Of a stretch of 48,207 nucleotides of DNA, positions 24,147 through 36,203 are shown one piece after another (the first letter of the stretch is position 1; every line of letters begins with the position of its first letter). The DNA lies in assembly GCF_001194135.2 (NCBI RefSeq), contig NC_068987.1, positions 29,337,220 to 29,385,426 of the forward strand. Direction: 5' to 3'. The position numbers and the translations under genes were made by a program. This DNA comes from Octopus bimaculoides. Lineage: Eukaryota. The notes below the pieces were generated by a model, which had not been told where the DNA came from, made no database searches, and saw nothing but the letters and a program-made list of their open reading frames with translations.

Positions 24147-25045
24147 GGTTCGTCTCCGTTGTTCCAATCATCTTGACTTGTTCGTGTATGTTTGTGCGTT
24201 GTTCCAGGGGTTAGTAACGATTGTTAGCTGTGTTTGTTGTTGATTGTTGTTTCTCAACACTTGTTTTTGCCGCATTGCGGCAGTTTTGTTGGTGCTGTTC
24301 CCCTAATTTAAGTTTGAAAAAAATGTTTGAAAAAAATGATAATAAATTGTGAGAACTTGGGCTCCTCGGAGTTCTCTTCTTCAGAGGAGGAACTGATGAA
24401 TGCCCTGGACAGTGCAGACAGAGGGATGGACTTCGCAACGGTGGCCAGAAGCCACCAAAGACATGATGATTTACAAGAAATTGGAGGATATAAGGAGATA
24501 CTGAGAAAGTACGGACGCAATGTGAAGGCGTTCCGCCCCCAAGAAGCAATGCAACGTGAGAGGGGGAAAATAGTTATTTACAGAGCATTTGCAGTGGTGA
24601 ACGGGAAGATTGAGATAGCAACACTTGCCAAATTGAAGGGGCGTTGGAGCTAATGTGGAGAGAGATTGTTTGCCTCAACGGGGTCCGAAAGTTTGCAACA
24701 ATGGAGGTGCGGTTCCGAGATGCAGCGACCGCCAGGCTAAACTTGGCAACCCCTTCAAAAACAGAGGCAGTAGTGCTTCTAGCTATATATTTTGGAAGAC
24801 GTGCTTCCGGGGTAAGGGCAGAAGATATACCCCCAGAAATAGGCGTATCCTGGCTGGTGGATGCTGTCCTGCTTGGCTTGTAGAAGAACGTGGTGTTTCG
24901 TTAAGCCACTTGTACTGCCCACCAGAATTGGTGAGGAATGACCAGTTAGTGGTCAGATCGAAATTGGTTTAAACGACTTCCTAGTGGAGACATGCGCCTT
25001 GAAGATCGTGAGCGTAGTGGGCGCAGATCTGACATCGATGACATT
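24147..25045 (+). mobile_element. L1/Tx1-like ORF1 5' fragment (GT-rich 5' UTR + frameshifted ORF1, truncated before the zinc knuckle)
   Basis: ORFs 24327-24653 and 24644-24883. KFATMEVRFRDAATAR...VLLAIYFGRRASGVRAEDIPPEIGVSWL aligns by eye to KYATVWLLFDTPEEAR...ILFLPTISGKKLTRAWVCELPPGIELEWI of the CCHC ORF1 at 36.2-37.3 kb. Confidence 0.65.
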
Positions 25046-25233
25046 TGGGCGAGGGTGGTGGTGTGAGTATTCGACATCAACTCAGTGCTTTGTTGGTACA
25101 TGTTTTATTGACCCCTAAACGATGACAAGCAAAGCCTGCTTTGGCGGAATTTCTACCGAGAATGTAAAGGCTGATTAAATGCCGCTAAGCATTTTGCCCG
25201 GCACGCTAACGATTCTACAAGCTCACTGCCTTA
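25045..25233 (-). mobile_element. SINE family B, degenerate
   Basis: Minus strand aaggcagtgagcttgtagaatcgttagcgtgccgggcaaaatgcttagcggc matches the family B head. Confidence 0.75.
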
Positions 25234-26879
25234 ACAAGAGACTATAATGACGACGGCAAGAGGGTGTATTACATGAATCGTTAAAGCATCAGATCCCCCA
25301 CACATACATATACACACCTCAACAAATGGTCTGAGGTGTTTCTTGAGGATCTTTACCTTTGGGTTTAAATCCCACTGAAGATCACTTGCCTTACATCATT
25401 CAGAGCTAAATAGTATTAGTCCAGAGCGGTAGATTGTGAACATTGTTACACCATTGCCTATTTCTTTCCTATCTTCTACGCATTCAAATAACATGTAGAA
25501 TATATTTGAATGAACGAGTTTTACTACAAATATATATGAAATGAGATAACCAACCAAAACGTAATGAATACAAATCAATCTTGTCGAAATTCCTACAGGG
25601 TTTTTCATTTTTCTTTTAAGATATTAATACATTTCTCTGGTCTGGTTTACCGAATGAATAGGAATGTTGGAGTAGTAAAATTGATGATAAGATAAAGCTA
25701 CAGATATCGCTGTGAGATACTCTAAAAGTCGTCAGACAAACCTTCTCTCTAAATGTTTTTATTCAATCCACATTTGTTGATGTTTGAAAATTTTTGATGT
25801 TATTTAGAAAATATCACATGCTTCAAAGATGAAGTCTCTAAGTAGTACCTTGATGTGCAAGAAATAGCAGCCAAATGACCTAAATCGCATCATATCAATT
25901 CCAGGAATGAAAAATATCCTGCATGATCTAATTTTTTATGTATCGTTGCAGTTCAAAATACGGAATTATTACAGATAGAATGTTGATTTAACATAATTTA
26001 TATGACTAGATAGCCTAATAACAGCTGATCTCCAGTTTAAGCCAAAACGGTATCAAAAATATAAATCAAATATGAATTTTTTGAACCTGAATATCACAGT
26101 AGGTATAATCCATGTTGAAAGCTTGTCACATTTATTTTCGGCAGGATTAACATATTGCAAATATAATTCTATCATTGGTTAGCGTTATAATAATAAGACG
26201 TTTTGTAAAGACTTTATTGTTGATCTTAATTAGATATTTCCAGTTATTTGCGATTGACGTCTTGGTGTAATCTGTTTTCAAGAGGTTTTTGTTTCTTCGT
26301 ACTTATCAAAACGAGTTTGCAGGAAAATGGTTAATAAAAACTATACCTTTGATAGAAAACAAGGTATTGAAAGGTGGTGGGGTTTTAATTATAGACTTAC
26401 AGACATTTTCAAGGATATGCATGAAATTTGAAAGACATGTTTTGGAGATAATATTTTAGAAAAATTAAATTTGTTTTAGAATCTAATTATAGAAAAAGAA
26501 TTTAAAAAATACTGGTATTTAATACATTCGTTTTCTGTGATATGGAGCTGGAATAGTGATATTATATAGAGTACTGAATAACTAAAAATATGAATAAAAT
26601 GCTAATGAGAGTAGTAAGTTATTTATACTTGCAGCAGTGATTGAGGATGAAAGTTCTCATAGGTTGAGAAGAATTCCTTACAACAGAAGCGATTAATTTG
26701 TTCTTGTGTGTAAATAACTGATCAGGAATATTTATTGAATAAAAGAATTACAATCATTGATGTTGAGTGAAAAAAGGAAATGTAACGAATAACAAAGAAT
26801 TTAACTCCAAACATTGCGAATAATTTAATGAACAAAAGAATGTACGAAATCAATGGTAAAGAATTCTGGAGACGCCTAA

Positions 26880-27130
26880 GCAAAAACAACTCGAGGAGGA
26901 AGCTTTGATTTGTGTAACACATCAAGCAGCTCAATTAAACATAGCTACATCAAACTCCATATGCATAAAATTATCAAATATGTTCACCCAAAATGTAGTA
27001 TATGCGGACAACTGAAGGAAACTATTCAACTTATTTTGGTTTTATAATAATGCTTCAGAATACATCACCTACGATCTTGAATAAGTAAAGTCCATCTATA
27101 ACATACCAATAGAATCTTAAAATGCCAAAC
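26880..27130 (+). mobile_element. Dong-R4-type LINE CCHC-region remnant
   Basis: EEEALICVTHQAA...SYIKLHMHK...HPKCSICGQLKETIQLIL resembles the same region of the 11.6-13.2 kb element. Confidence 0.6.
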
Positions 27131-28066
27131 AGTTTACTGCTTCTTTTATGCTGCCAACAAAGATTGATAAATGCAGTAGGCGAGGATAATAAATTTACAA
27201 GGAAAAAGAACTATCAGCACAGATTATTTCTTAGAAAAGATAGAAAAAAAATTGGAAATATAATAAAGTCTTTTAGGAAACTAATTGGCAGGATAGTAAA
27301 AGAAAAAAATGGTTGTAGTAATAAAAGAAAAGCAAGCAGTACAGATATTGGAAATCTTGAAAGATTTATGAATATCTAAGAACTATAAAATATTTGAAGG
27401 TCGAAAATTAAATGTAAGCAAGATATTATTAATGAAACAAGTTATAGAAAATTGGTGTTTGAGAATAATGGATTATAGGAATTATTAAATGCTACTTTAT
27501 AAATTAGTTAAAGCTATTCTAGTCTCTAGCACGAAAGAAGCACAGTACCAACCTGTGCGGGAGAAAATATATATGAAGTTAAGAAAAGTAAATGAAAGTG
27601 TGAAACATTTTAGTATTAGTAAAATCTATAGTAAAAGTATAATAGGAATTACTAAATCTTTAAATGATGGGAACTTGTTGATGGGAAGAGAGAAAGATGT
27701 CAGTCTTTTAATGGAAACTAATAAATTTATCAAGATAGGATGCATGGAATTATTAATTGAGATAAAATGTCAAATCATATAGTAATAGGTAGAACAGGGC
27801 TTCATCTTAAATCGAAAAGCTTGCTTCAGGGAAAAAATGTTGCTGCCAATTTCTTCATAGAAGATATCATTTATGAATTCCATGGAAACTTTTGTTAGGT
27901 ATAGGAGTGTCTACATAATAGTGCCGTATGGTGCAGATGGTAGAATTACATTCGCTTCAAACACCATTCAAGAACTGATAAATCTTCTCTATGAGAACAC
28001 GATAGTTTTACTGTTCGTATTGTTGTTTTCTTCCTTTTGTTGTTGGTATTATTATCAGAATAAATA

Positions 28067-28290
28067 AAGCAGAAAGTTGTCAGAATCGTTAGCACGCTAG
28101 ACAAAATATTTCGCGGGATATATTCCGGTTTTACGTCGTAAGTTTAAATTTCGCTAAGGCCGACTCGCTTTTTCATCCTTTCGGAATCTATGAAATAAGA
28201 ACTAGTCAAGTACTGGGGTCGATATAATTGACTTGCATCCCCACTCCACTCAAGACTGCTAGCTTTGTGTCGAATTAGAAAAAAATATTA
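28067..28290 (+). mobile_element. SINE family B, degenerate
   Basis: cagaatcgttagcacgctagacaaaat...tactggggtcgatataattgac...gctttgtgtcgaattagaa. Confidence 0.75.
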
Positions 28291-28813
28291 GAATAGCCGA
28301 TAATGTTCTTTAGTCTACAGTGAACTTTGATCGAGTAAACTTATCATCAAAACATGTCCCATCCATAACCTTCCTATCTTATTTTGTATCGAGGCTTACA
28401 TTATTCAATTTGGCCTTTGTCTATTGTCTGATATTATCGGCAGTTTGTGTGACTACAAAGAAGATTCCTTATTAAATGATGGTACTCCAACTTTGCCTTA
28501 ATTGTGATTGCTGAAACAGACTAACGTATTAAAAGGAGGAGAACTATAAAGCGTACAGTCATAATAGGGTTGTTTTTTTATACAATTTAATCAGAATATA
28601 TAACATCGAAGAGTGAGTCTTTAATACTGATGAGTTTATGTGCGTCATGTTCAAGCAGAACTTCTTTTGATACTCGTAGGAATCCCATCGAACCAGGAGA
28701 AAGTTCCACAAGATGTCAGTGTAAGTACAATGGATTATGAAAATGTGTAGAGTAAATCGGTTATGTGATTCTTTTGCTACTAACTGGAAAATACCTACTT
28801 CCTTTTATTTTAG

Positions 28814-28958
28814 TATCAACTTTGGCTAAATGACAGTAGCTGTGTACGCCTAATCAGTGTGTTATTGAACATTCGTAAAAACAGTGAAGCTGGTAAAGTA
28901 GATGGTGAAGTGGAATCAATAACTGCTAATGGCATTATGTTAGCTATTTACCTTATTC
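28814..28958 (+). CDS. Candidate internal exon, unknown protein (YQLWLNDSSCVRLISVLLNIRKNSEAGKVDGEVESITANGIMLAIYLI)
   Basis: Strong acceptor cttccttttattttAG, consensus donor c|GTAAGT; only frame 0 is open; phase 0 in and phase 1 out. Confidence 0.35.
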
Positions 28959-29442
28959 GTAAGTATTGAACAGAAGAGTAAGGGGTAAATATTTCATCTC
29001 TGGTTTTAACGAAATAATTGGCAAAAGAATACTTTTAGAAGAGTTGATGGCTTCGATCTTGGTATATGACAATTACATTTAATAATCACAAGTGAAATGA
29101 CTTAATTAAATTATTAATACCTATACAGATGAAAGCCCATTTCTGATAACATATAAAAGATTATTAACGAAAAGATCAAGCAAATCAACGTAGTTAGAGA
29201 TATGCAGATGTAGCGTATCTGTTCTCTTAAAAAAAAAAATTTTTTAAACAGTTGAAATAAGTTCACAACTAAAATCATTAGTTTGATGCAAAGTGTTTAT
29301 TATACGATTCCGTCGTCGGAAAAGGGTGCAGGATGGAATAAGTGGAGGAAACCGGAAGTAAAATCGAGAAAAGAAGAATGAAACAATCCAGCTATTTGAG
29401 GTTTCGTCTACATTGCAGAAGATAGGTTTGTCTTTCCTCAAC

Positions 29443-29446
<4 letters not shown>

Positions 29447-29510
<64 letters not shown>
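29447..29510. repeat. (TG)n microsatellite
   Basis: Direct inspection. Confidence 0.95.
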
Positions 29511-29512
<2 letters not shown>

Positions 29513-29539
29513 CGTGTCTGTGTTTGTATGCATGTGTGT

Positions 29540-29690
29540 ATTGGGTTGCCGAAAATGTTCGTTCCCTATTTTTAGGGTAAAATAAGATATAGGATTTAAA
29601 CATAAACCGATATATCCAATCAATGCACTACCTTTGAGTTCCAATATCTTCCACCATTATTTCCGGCTCAAATGATCTCCACGGGAAAGG
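29540..29690 (-). mobile_element. Mariner 3' end with TIR
   Basis: tattgggttgccgaaaatgttcg is a mariner-like TIR; minus-strand RGDHLSRK*WWKILELKG resembles the mariner C-terminal GI..L..RW.K.....G. Confidence 0.5.
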
Positions 29691-30189
29691 TAATGCTAAC
29701 CCTTTTTTGGGACTTAAAAACGCCTATATTGGAAGATTACCTAGAAAGTGTTGTACGACCGACAGTGCAAAATACAGTGCTTCGCTGGCTCACAAACTGA
29801 AGCTAGTAATTCGTACCAAACGCCGAAGCTTATTGCTTATAATTGAATGGTTTTGTTCGTGTGTTGCTGTTCTGTCGGAAGATATTCACTATCCATAGAT
29901 GTTAATGTTGTTTAAAGTATGCCACCAATTTTTATATGTACTCGTCAATGAGTTGTCAACGAAATTGTTGTATTTGGAGATGTCAATTCCATACAGGTTT
30001 TTAGTCTAATCAGAATGGATATTCGTGTATTTTGACTTTCTGATACATAGACCTGACAGGAACGTACTGATAATTGTACCTCCATCATCATGTAGTTACG
30101 GCTGAGTAAAAAGTAAGCAACGTTTTGAAACATTAAATTGATCACAATATATTTCAACAATGCGGAAATTTTATTTATCAAAGTGAGTA

Positions 30190-30290
30190 CCAGTACAATC
30201 AACACATTTTTGCCAACGAGTTACAAGTTTGTTTATTCCTGTAACAAAAATAGTCTGGAAGTCTGGTGCTGATGAACTCTTTCAACGCAC
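30190..30290 (-). mobile_element. Mariner transposase C-terminal remnant
   Basis: Minus strand reads EFISTRLPDYF then, with a shift, GINKLVTRWQKCV. Confidence 0.6.
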
Positions 30291-30344
30291 TTTTACTATC
30301 GGTTTGATGACACCTCCACAGTTGCGTAATTTCATTCATCTGCG

Positions 30345-30420
30345 ACCGATAAATTAAAGTACCAGTCAAGTACTGAGGTTGAAAGCAACCTCTGGTCCCC
30401 TATTTCCAAAGTTGTTGGCT
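30345..30420 (+). mobile_element. SINE family B tail fragment
   Basis: cgataaattaaagtaccagtcaagtactgaggttga matches the family B 3' half. Confidence 0.55.
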
Positions 30421-30644
30421 ATTATTTTCATTTAATATATTTGGTAGAACCTCAGTTATTATCCTCCTCTCTTAAATCAGTTACGTTTCTTTCTGAATCA
30501 GCCTTAATTCCTACGCCATCCACTCAATGTGGAGGTTTTATTAGTAATCACTTTTGTAGCTGTTACTTCTTCCAGTCCTATCAGGAATGCGGGTCATCTA
30601 ACCAAGATGGAGAAACAAGTAGACGCAAGACGTATTGTTTAGAC

Positions 30645-30965
30645 CATAGGTTCTCAAGGTGGGCGCTACCGCCCCCGGTGGGTGTTGACAGGGTCCAGGT
30701 GGGCGCTGGTGTCTAAGGAGGTGGTGCGGGATGGTAGAGAAAAAGGAGGCGTTGGGAGCAAAGCAATGGATTGACGGACGCCATGAATTTATAATATTAT
30801 GGTAGTATTGTATACAAATTATATAATATTATATCAAATGATTCATAGTATATATAAATTAGTAAAATATAAGATATTTCTTTATGCATAAAAATAGGGG
30901 TGGGGCGCTTAGGGTATCATGTGGCCATAAGTGGGGCGGTGGCCCAAGATGTTTGAGAACCTCTG
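30645..30965. mobile_element. hAT-type MITE
   Basis: Imperfect TIRs cataggttctcaa (30645-30657) and ttgagaacctctg (30953-30965), hAT/Charlie-like CAGTGGTTCTCAA pattern, GC-rich subtermini. TSD not preserved. Confidence 0.65.
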
Positions 30966-30988
30966 GGGTGTGTGTAACATAGGTATAC

Positions 30989-31022
<34 letters not shown>

Positions 31023-31024
<2 letters not shown>

Positions 31025-31234
31025 GATGGAGTGCTGAAAAGTTCCTGGCTTTAAGGGCATCGTGATAGTCCTGGCAGAAGGCCCAACTTTCGTGTTCTTT
31101 TACGTGGCATAGGAAAACTGAAAACGCTGCATAACTGTGTGAAACTGAGAGAGGAATATGTTAAACAAAATCAGTAAACTAATTCTCCTGTGTTTTCTTT
31201 AACCCAAAGCCAGGAACTTTTCAGCACCGGGTCT
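31023..31234. mobile_element. Mariner-type MITE
   Basis: Exact 22-bp inverted repeat gtgctgaaaagttcctggcttt (31031-31052) / aaagccaggaacttttcagcac (31206-31227) around a short non-coding core. Confidence 0.85.
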
Positions 31235-31959
31235 ATGTATATATGTATGTATAGATAGGTAGATAGATAGAAAGAAAGAAAGAAATTTAAAGGAAAACCA
31301 GCATTGAAACCAATCAAGCAGTTGGAATCCATCGGCTATGACCACTTTTACCAATCACTAGCGAGTGGGCGAATTCATTCGCGCGAATAGGTGAGTCACA
31401 ATCTGTAGACTTTGGCTATTGAAAAATGTGTTGAAAAGAAGTGGCTCGGCAATTGAAGGAAGTGTAACATTGTCAACAGATGTCGCGAATGTAATGTAAA
31501 ATCAGAAGGAATCAATTTTAACAGAAAGCCAGCATTTATTTGATCGGGAGCTAATAAAACGTTTTGTGAACAAGAAAAGTTCTTATTGTAGAACATTAGT
31601 AATAGAAAGTGTCCATAATTTACTTACTGTAGTTGGTTGCGTTTCTTTTTTTTGTTGTTGTTTTTTCGTATACTGTATTGTAAATCCGTTCCACAATATA
31701 TAGGCTTACAAACTCCGCATATTAGCGCTTTACAGAAGCAGAGAATATTTGACTGAATGTGAGATTGGCTGGTTGGCTGAAGTTGTTTGTCAACCTCTCA
31801 ATTTATAGCTTGTCACACATTAACGCCATCTGGTAGACAAGAAAAGCTAACTCACTTGTCTCTGCTAAGGGGCATAACCATTTCCTGGTATGGACTCGCT
31901 ACAGAAGTCTGCTCTAATTCACTGGAAATTTCGAAGTCAATATTTTTCGATCTAGAGAT

Positions 31960-32520
31960 GGAACATGGAAAGAAGCCGAATTTTAATGACACAGAAATGA
32001 AGGATCAGTCCATGGAATGACATCAGACATTTTCTCCAAGCCTGAAATGTTGAAGAGCCAGGAATCTGTCTGTGCAAATAGTCAAGGTGAATATTTTGGC
32101 GGACGACAAGGGCATCATTCACTTAGTTTTCCGGAACATGGCTATACCGTGAACAACTAGTGATACAGTGAGATACTTAAAAGATCTTAAAGAATTTGTG
32201 AAGGAGAGATCGAGGAAAAAAATTGAAAACAATCCGCTTTCACTATGACAATACGCAAGAAAATACAACTTCGATAGCAAATCAAGCAATCGGCCAATTA
32301 TGCTGGTCAGTGGTACGCCATCTACTATTCAGTCCGGATCTCATGTCTTTTGACTAGATCAATAGAAATATCTTTCGGCAACTATGGTTTGGTGACATAG
32401 ATGGAGCGAAAATGGCTATGAAAAAGTGAGTGAAAAAGTGCACACATTAATGTCTTCAAGCAGAATTTGTATTGGATTCAGTGGTGGAAATTATTTTGAA
32501 CGGTATAACTCAGTTAATAA
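31960..32520 (+). mobile_element. Mariner (DD34D) transposase catalytic-domain remnant
   Basis: FNDTEMKDQSME*H (YDPETKxQSxEW), DKGII, FHYDNT (HDNA), FSPDL (YSPDL) motifs in order, with stops and frameshifts. Confidence 0.8.
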
Positions 32521-34237
32521 AATATGTTATGTCTATTTTTCTATTACTTTAGATTCAGCACTCGAACATTAATTACACTCATAGATATATCACACGTAAA
32601 AAGTATATAATGCGAGGATATCTAACAGGATTTACTGTTATATAACTTTATGGTTCTCTCAGTCATAAAATCAATCCCAAGTACTTTTGCAACATACCGC
32701 AATACGCACGAAAAACAGTTAATTGCTGAAAAATGTCGATAGATGATTGTAACAATAAGATCGTAAGTCTCAAATGTTGGGCTGATGAATATAGAAAAGT
32801 TAGTATTCCAAAACAAATAAAATGGAATAAAAAGAAAATTTGAAAAGTTTTTAACAAAAACTTTCGATTTGAATATAGTCGTTTTTGATAAAAATGGTGA
32901 TAAATGTGAAAACGACAAAAATCCCAAGCGGAAATCTGGACTAATAATTTCAGTTGTGAACTTATCTCATTTTGCTGCTTACCGCTTTTTTTTTTTTTTC
33001 GAGTTACTGATATGTGGGGACTAATATCGGCCAAGTGCATAATTAGGAATTTATTTACCTGAAAATAAGATTTCTAATCTTGATAAAATCATGAAACAAA
33101 ATAGGCAACTTTTCACTTAGATACAGTTAAGAGCAGAGTTTCGACCGTGAATCTCCATGGTGGTAAGAGAGATCGCAAAACATTGGTCACCATATTATAG
33201 TGAATGTAATCTGACACTTCTTTCTTAGAAGCTGAATATATTCCAACAAAACAGACGCTAATTTCTATTCAGGTTTATCAAAGGAGAGCACGCACTGAAA
33301 AATGACAGTTTTAAAATTATTTTCAACCATTTCAACGTAAGATATTGGTCTGCTTTTTGCTTAAATACACATTGGTGTACTCTACGAATGATTTCACCCT
33401 GTAACTATCACGAAGAGAGCAATTTTACTGGTTTGACCATGCCGTGATAAGATGCAACAAATTTTTCCAGGAAGACGTTTAGCGTTCATGAAAATAATAA
33501 CGTTTCTACATCCAGAATAACTCAGCTTATTACATTTCCGGTTGAGGATTTCATAGTATTTATTGTATTGTTCTTTAGACAGTGGTTGAAGACCAAAGCG
33601 AGAAACATTTTAGCTGTGCTAGTTTTAGCATTTTTCTCTTCGAAATCAAGTTGTTTGTTCACAAAATACTTACCTTACATTACAAATTGTCGTTAGTAAA
33701 GCTGCATCGTATCTATTTATTTACACTCCCCTGACCTTTGCTGTCATATATTTTAAACAGCAATGAACTCCTATGGGTAATTACTTTGCTTACTTTAAGC
33801 GACCCGTATAGAATATATTTTTATTTATCAGATATTTATTGTTTTAAAGAATGATAGACCAGCATGATCTGATTGCATGTACAGTGCTTTCACCAATTAT
33901 TTTATTTACTTGTGTTGTCGTGAGCAGACATAAACACCCTCTTATCTTGTCACCTTTGATCTAGTGGGACATTGAGTATGTGATAGTCTGAGACTGCACA
34001 CAGCCATCTGTTAGTATGGTTGTTTACGTAACCAGACTGTAACAACGCGAAATGAAATACTTAAACGCCCAATACATATTCCAGGAATTGAACACAGAAT
34101 CTCATAATCTCGAAACAAACACTCTAACCAGCAGACCACGTGTTAGCTTATCTTACATTTCCAATTACCATATGTGTGTTTTTTGCGTGTGTATGTGCCT
34201 TTTTTAATGCATTCCAACAATGATATTCTTTTTGTAG

Positions 34238-34263
34238 GATTTATAAAAAAAATAAGAGCCTAA
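34238..34263 (+). CDS. Very tentative terminal exon ((R)FIKKIRA*)
   Basis: Acceptor attctttttgtAG; phase 1 matches the 28814-28958 candidate. Could easily be chance. Confidence 0.12.
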
Positions 34264-34806
34264 GGTTATGTTTTCTCTGTACAGCCAATTGCGATACTCA
34301 AACCCAATTTTCACGTCATTTTGTCTCAAACGTAAATGGTTTCAGGTAATCAATTCGTCAAAAAGAAAAACAGAAAGAAAGAAAGAATAAAAGAAACTCC
34401 ATGATGCAAAACCAACAACAAAGATTATTCAAAGTTTCTAATATTCTTTTAGAATGTTTTTGACATTTTTCCGAGAACTGTTTCTTTCTTTTGATAATAA
34501 TGTCTGCATTTCACTGAAGTTGCAGCCGTCAAGTTCAAAGTTTTACATGCGGGAGGGAAAAAAAACTATCGATGATTAATTACAGTCAGAAAATTGTGTA
34601 AGAATCAGAAGAATCCTATATATTGTAACTGCATCGAAGCTATTCGAAAGTCGATATCGTATCAGATTACCAACCAAAACGTCACTGGATCGTATCCCAA
34701 GGCAGATGTAGCGCTTTGTTCATGGTTAGAAATACGACTCATGAATAGCGTATAATCATTTGTTTGTATAGGCAACCGTTTTTTTTTTCAGATTATAACA
34801 AGTTAA

Positions 34807-34906
<100 letters not shown>

Positions 34907-35583
34907 CTTAAGCACTTGAATGCTTTTCTTTAATCTCAGGTCATCTGCGTTCAGCTTAAAGATAAAATGTTTTTTAGTCGTGACCATTTCTCACTGCATA
35001 CAATTAACCTACAATCATTTAACACGCAATTTTTAGAGAGACTTGACTGCTGTTTTTAAGTGGTCTAAACACCATGTAGAGCTTCTTTTGTTGGCTTGAA
35101 TTGTATTCGTCTCAGTATTTATTAGTGAATGACGAGACAAAGAATATGAGAGAATGAGAGAAAATGAATTTGTTAGATTTTAACATTTCCTCTCCTTTTG
35201 ATAGTCCACATTTGACAATTCATTAGTTCTCGACTGATCGATGACATTGTTTTAACTTTCTTGATCATGGTTATTTATTAATAACTGATCATCCCTTATA
35301 GCTTCTAGATGGTACTAGCCCCACTAGAAATTCAAGTCATTTTCTTAACCATACCAACCCACATGCATAAATTAGATTTCGCCATCATCATATTTCGAAT
35401 CTTTCGCACGCCACTTATTTGCAGCAAATATTTTAATTTTGATGGGCTAAATGAATGAGAGCTAAGTGTTTTGGGTGAAAACTCATAACTGTATAACTTA
35501 CATGATATGAAAATCAATGCCCATTTTTCAAATTACAGAGTAGCACCATCAAAAAGGCAATGTACGAAGTTCCTGCTAAAATA

Positions 35584-35782
35584 TCTTTTATATTTTTGTT
35601 GTTTGGGTCTTTGGACTGCAGCCATCTTAAGGCACCACTGCGAAGGGTTTAGTCGAACAGTTCGACTTCAATGGGATACTTATTCCATCAATGCTTTTGC
35701 CGAACCGCTAGGTTACAGAGACGTAAACTAACAGACTGACAAGCCTTGTTAAGAGGTATGGATACAGTCACAACACAACACA

Positions 35783-35821
<39 letters not shown>
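35584..35821 (-). mobile_element. SINE family C 3' half with internal (TA)n(TG)n microsatellite
   Basis: Minus-strand tccatacctcttaacaaggcttgtcag resembles ttccctaccattgcttaagaagaattgtcgg, which follows the family C head and AT run at ~41660-41700. Confidence 0.65.
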
Positions 35822-36203
35822 NNNNNNNNNNNNNNNNNNNNNNNNNNNNNNNNNNNNNNNNNNNNNNNNNNNNNNNNNNNNNNNNNNNNNNNNNNNNNNN
35901 NNNNNNNNNNNNNNNNNNNNNNNNNNNNNNNNNNNNNNNNNNNNNNNNNNNNNNNNNNNNNNNNNNNNNNNNNNNNNNNNNNNNNNNNNNNNNNNNNNNN
36001 NNNNNNNNNNNNNNNNNNNNNNNNNNNNNNNNNNNNNNNNNNNNNNNNNNNNNNNNNNNNNNNNNNNNNNNNNNNNNNNNNNNNNNNNNNNNNNNNNNNN
36101 NNNNNNNNNNNNNNNNNNNNNNNNNNNNNNNNNNNNNNNNNNNNNNNNNNNNNNNNNNNNNNNNNNNNNNNNNNNNNNNNNNNNNNNNNNNNNNNNNNNN
36201 NNN

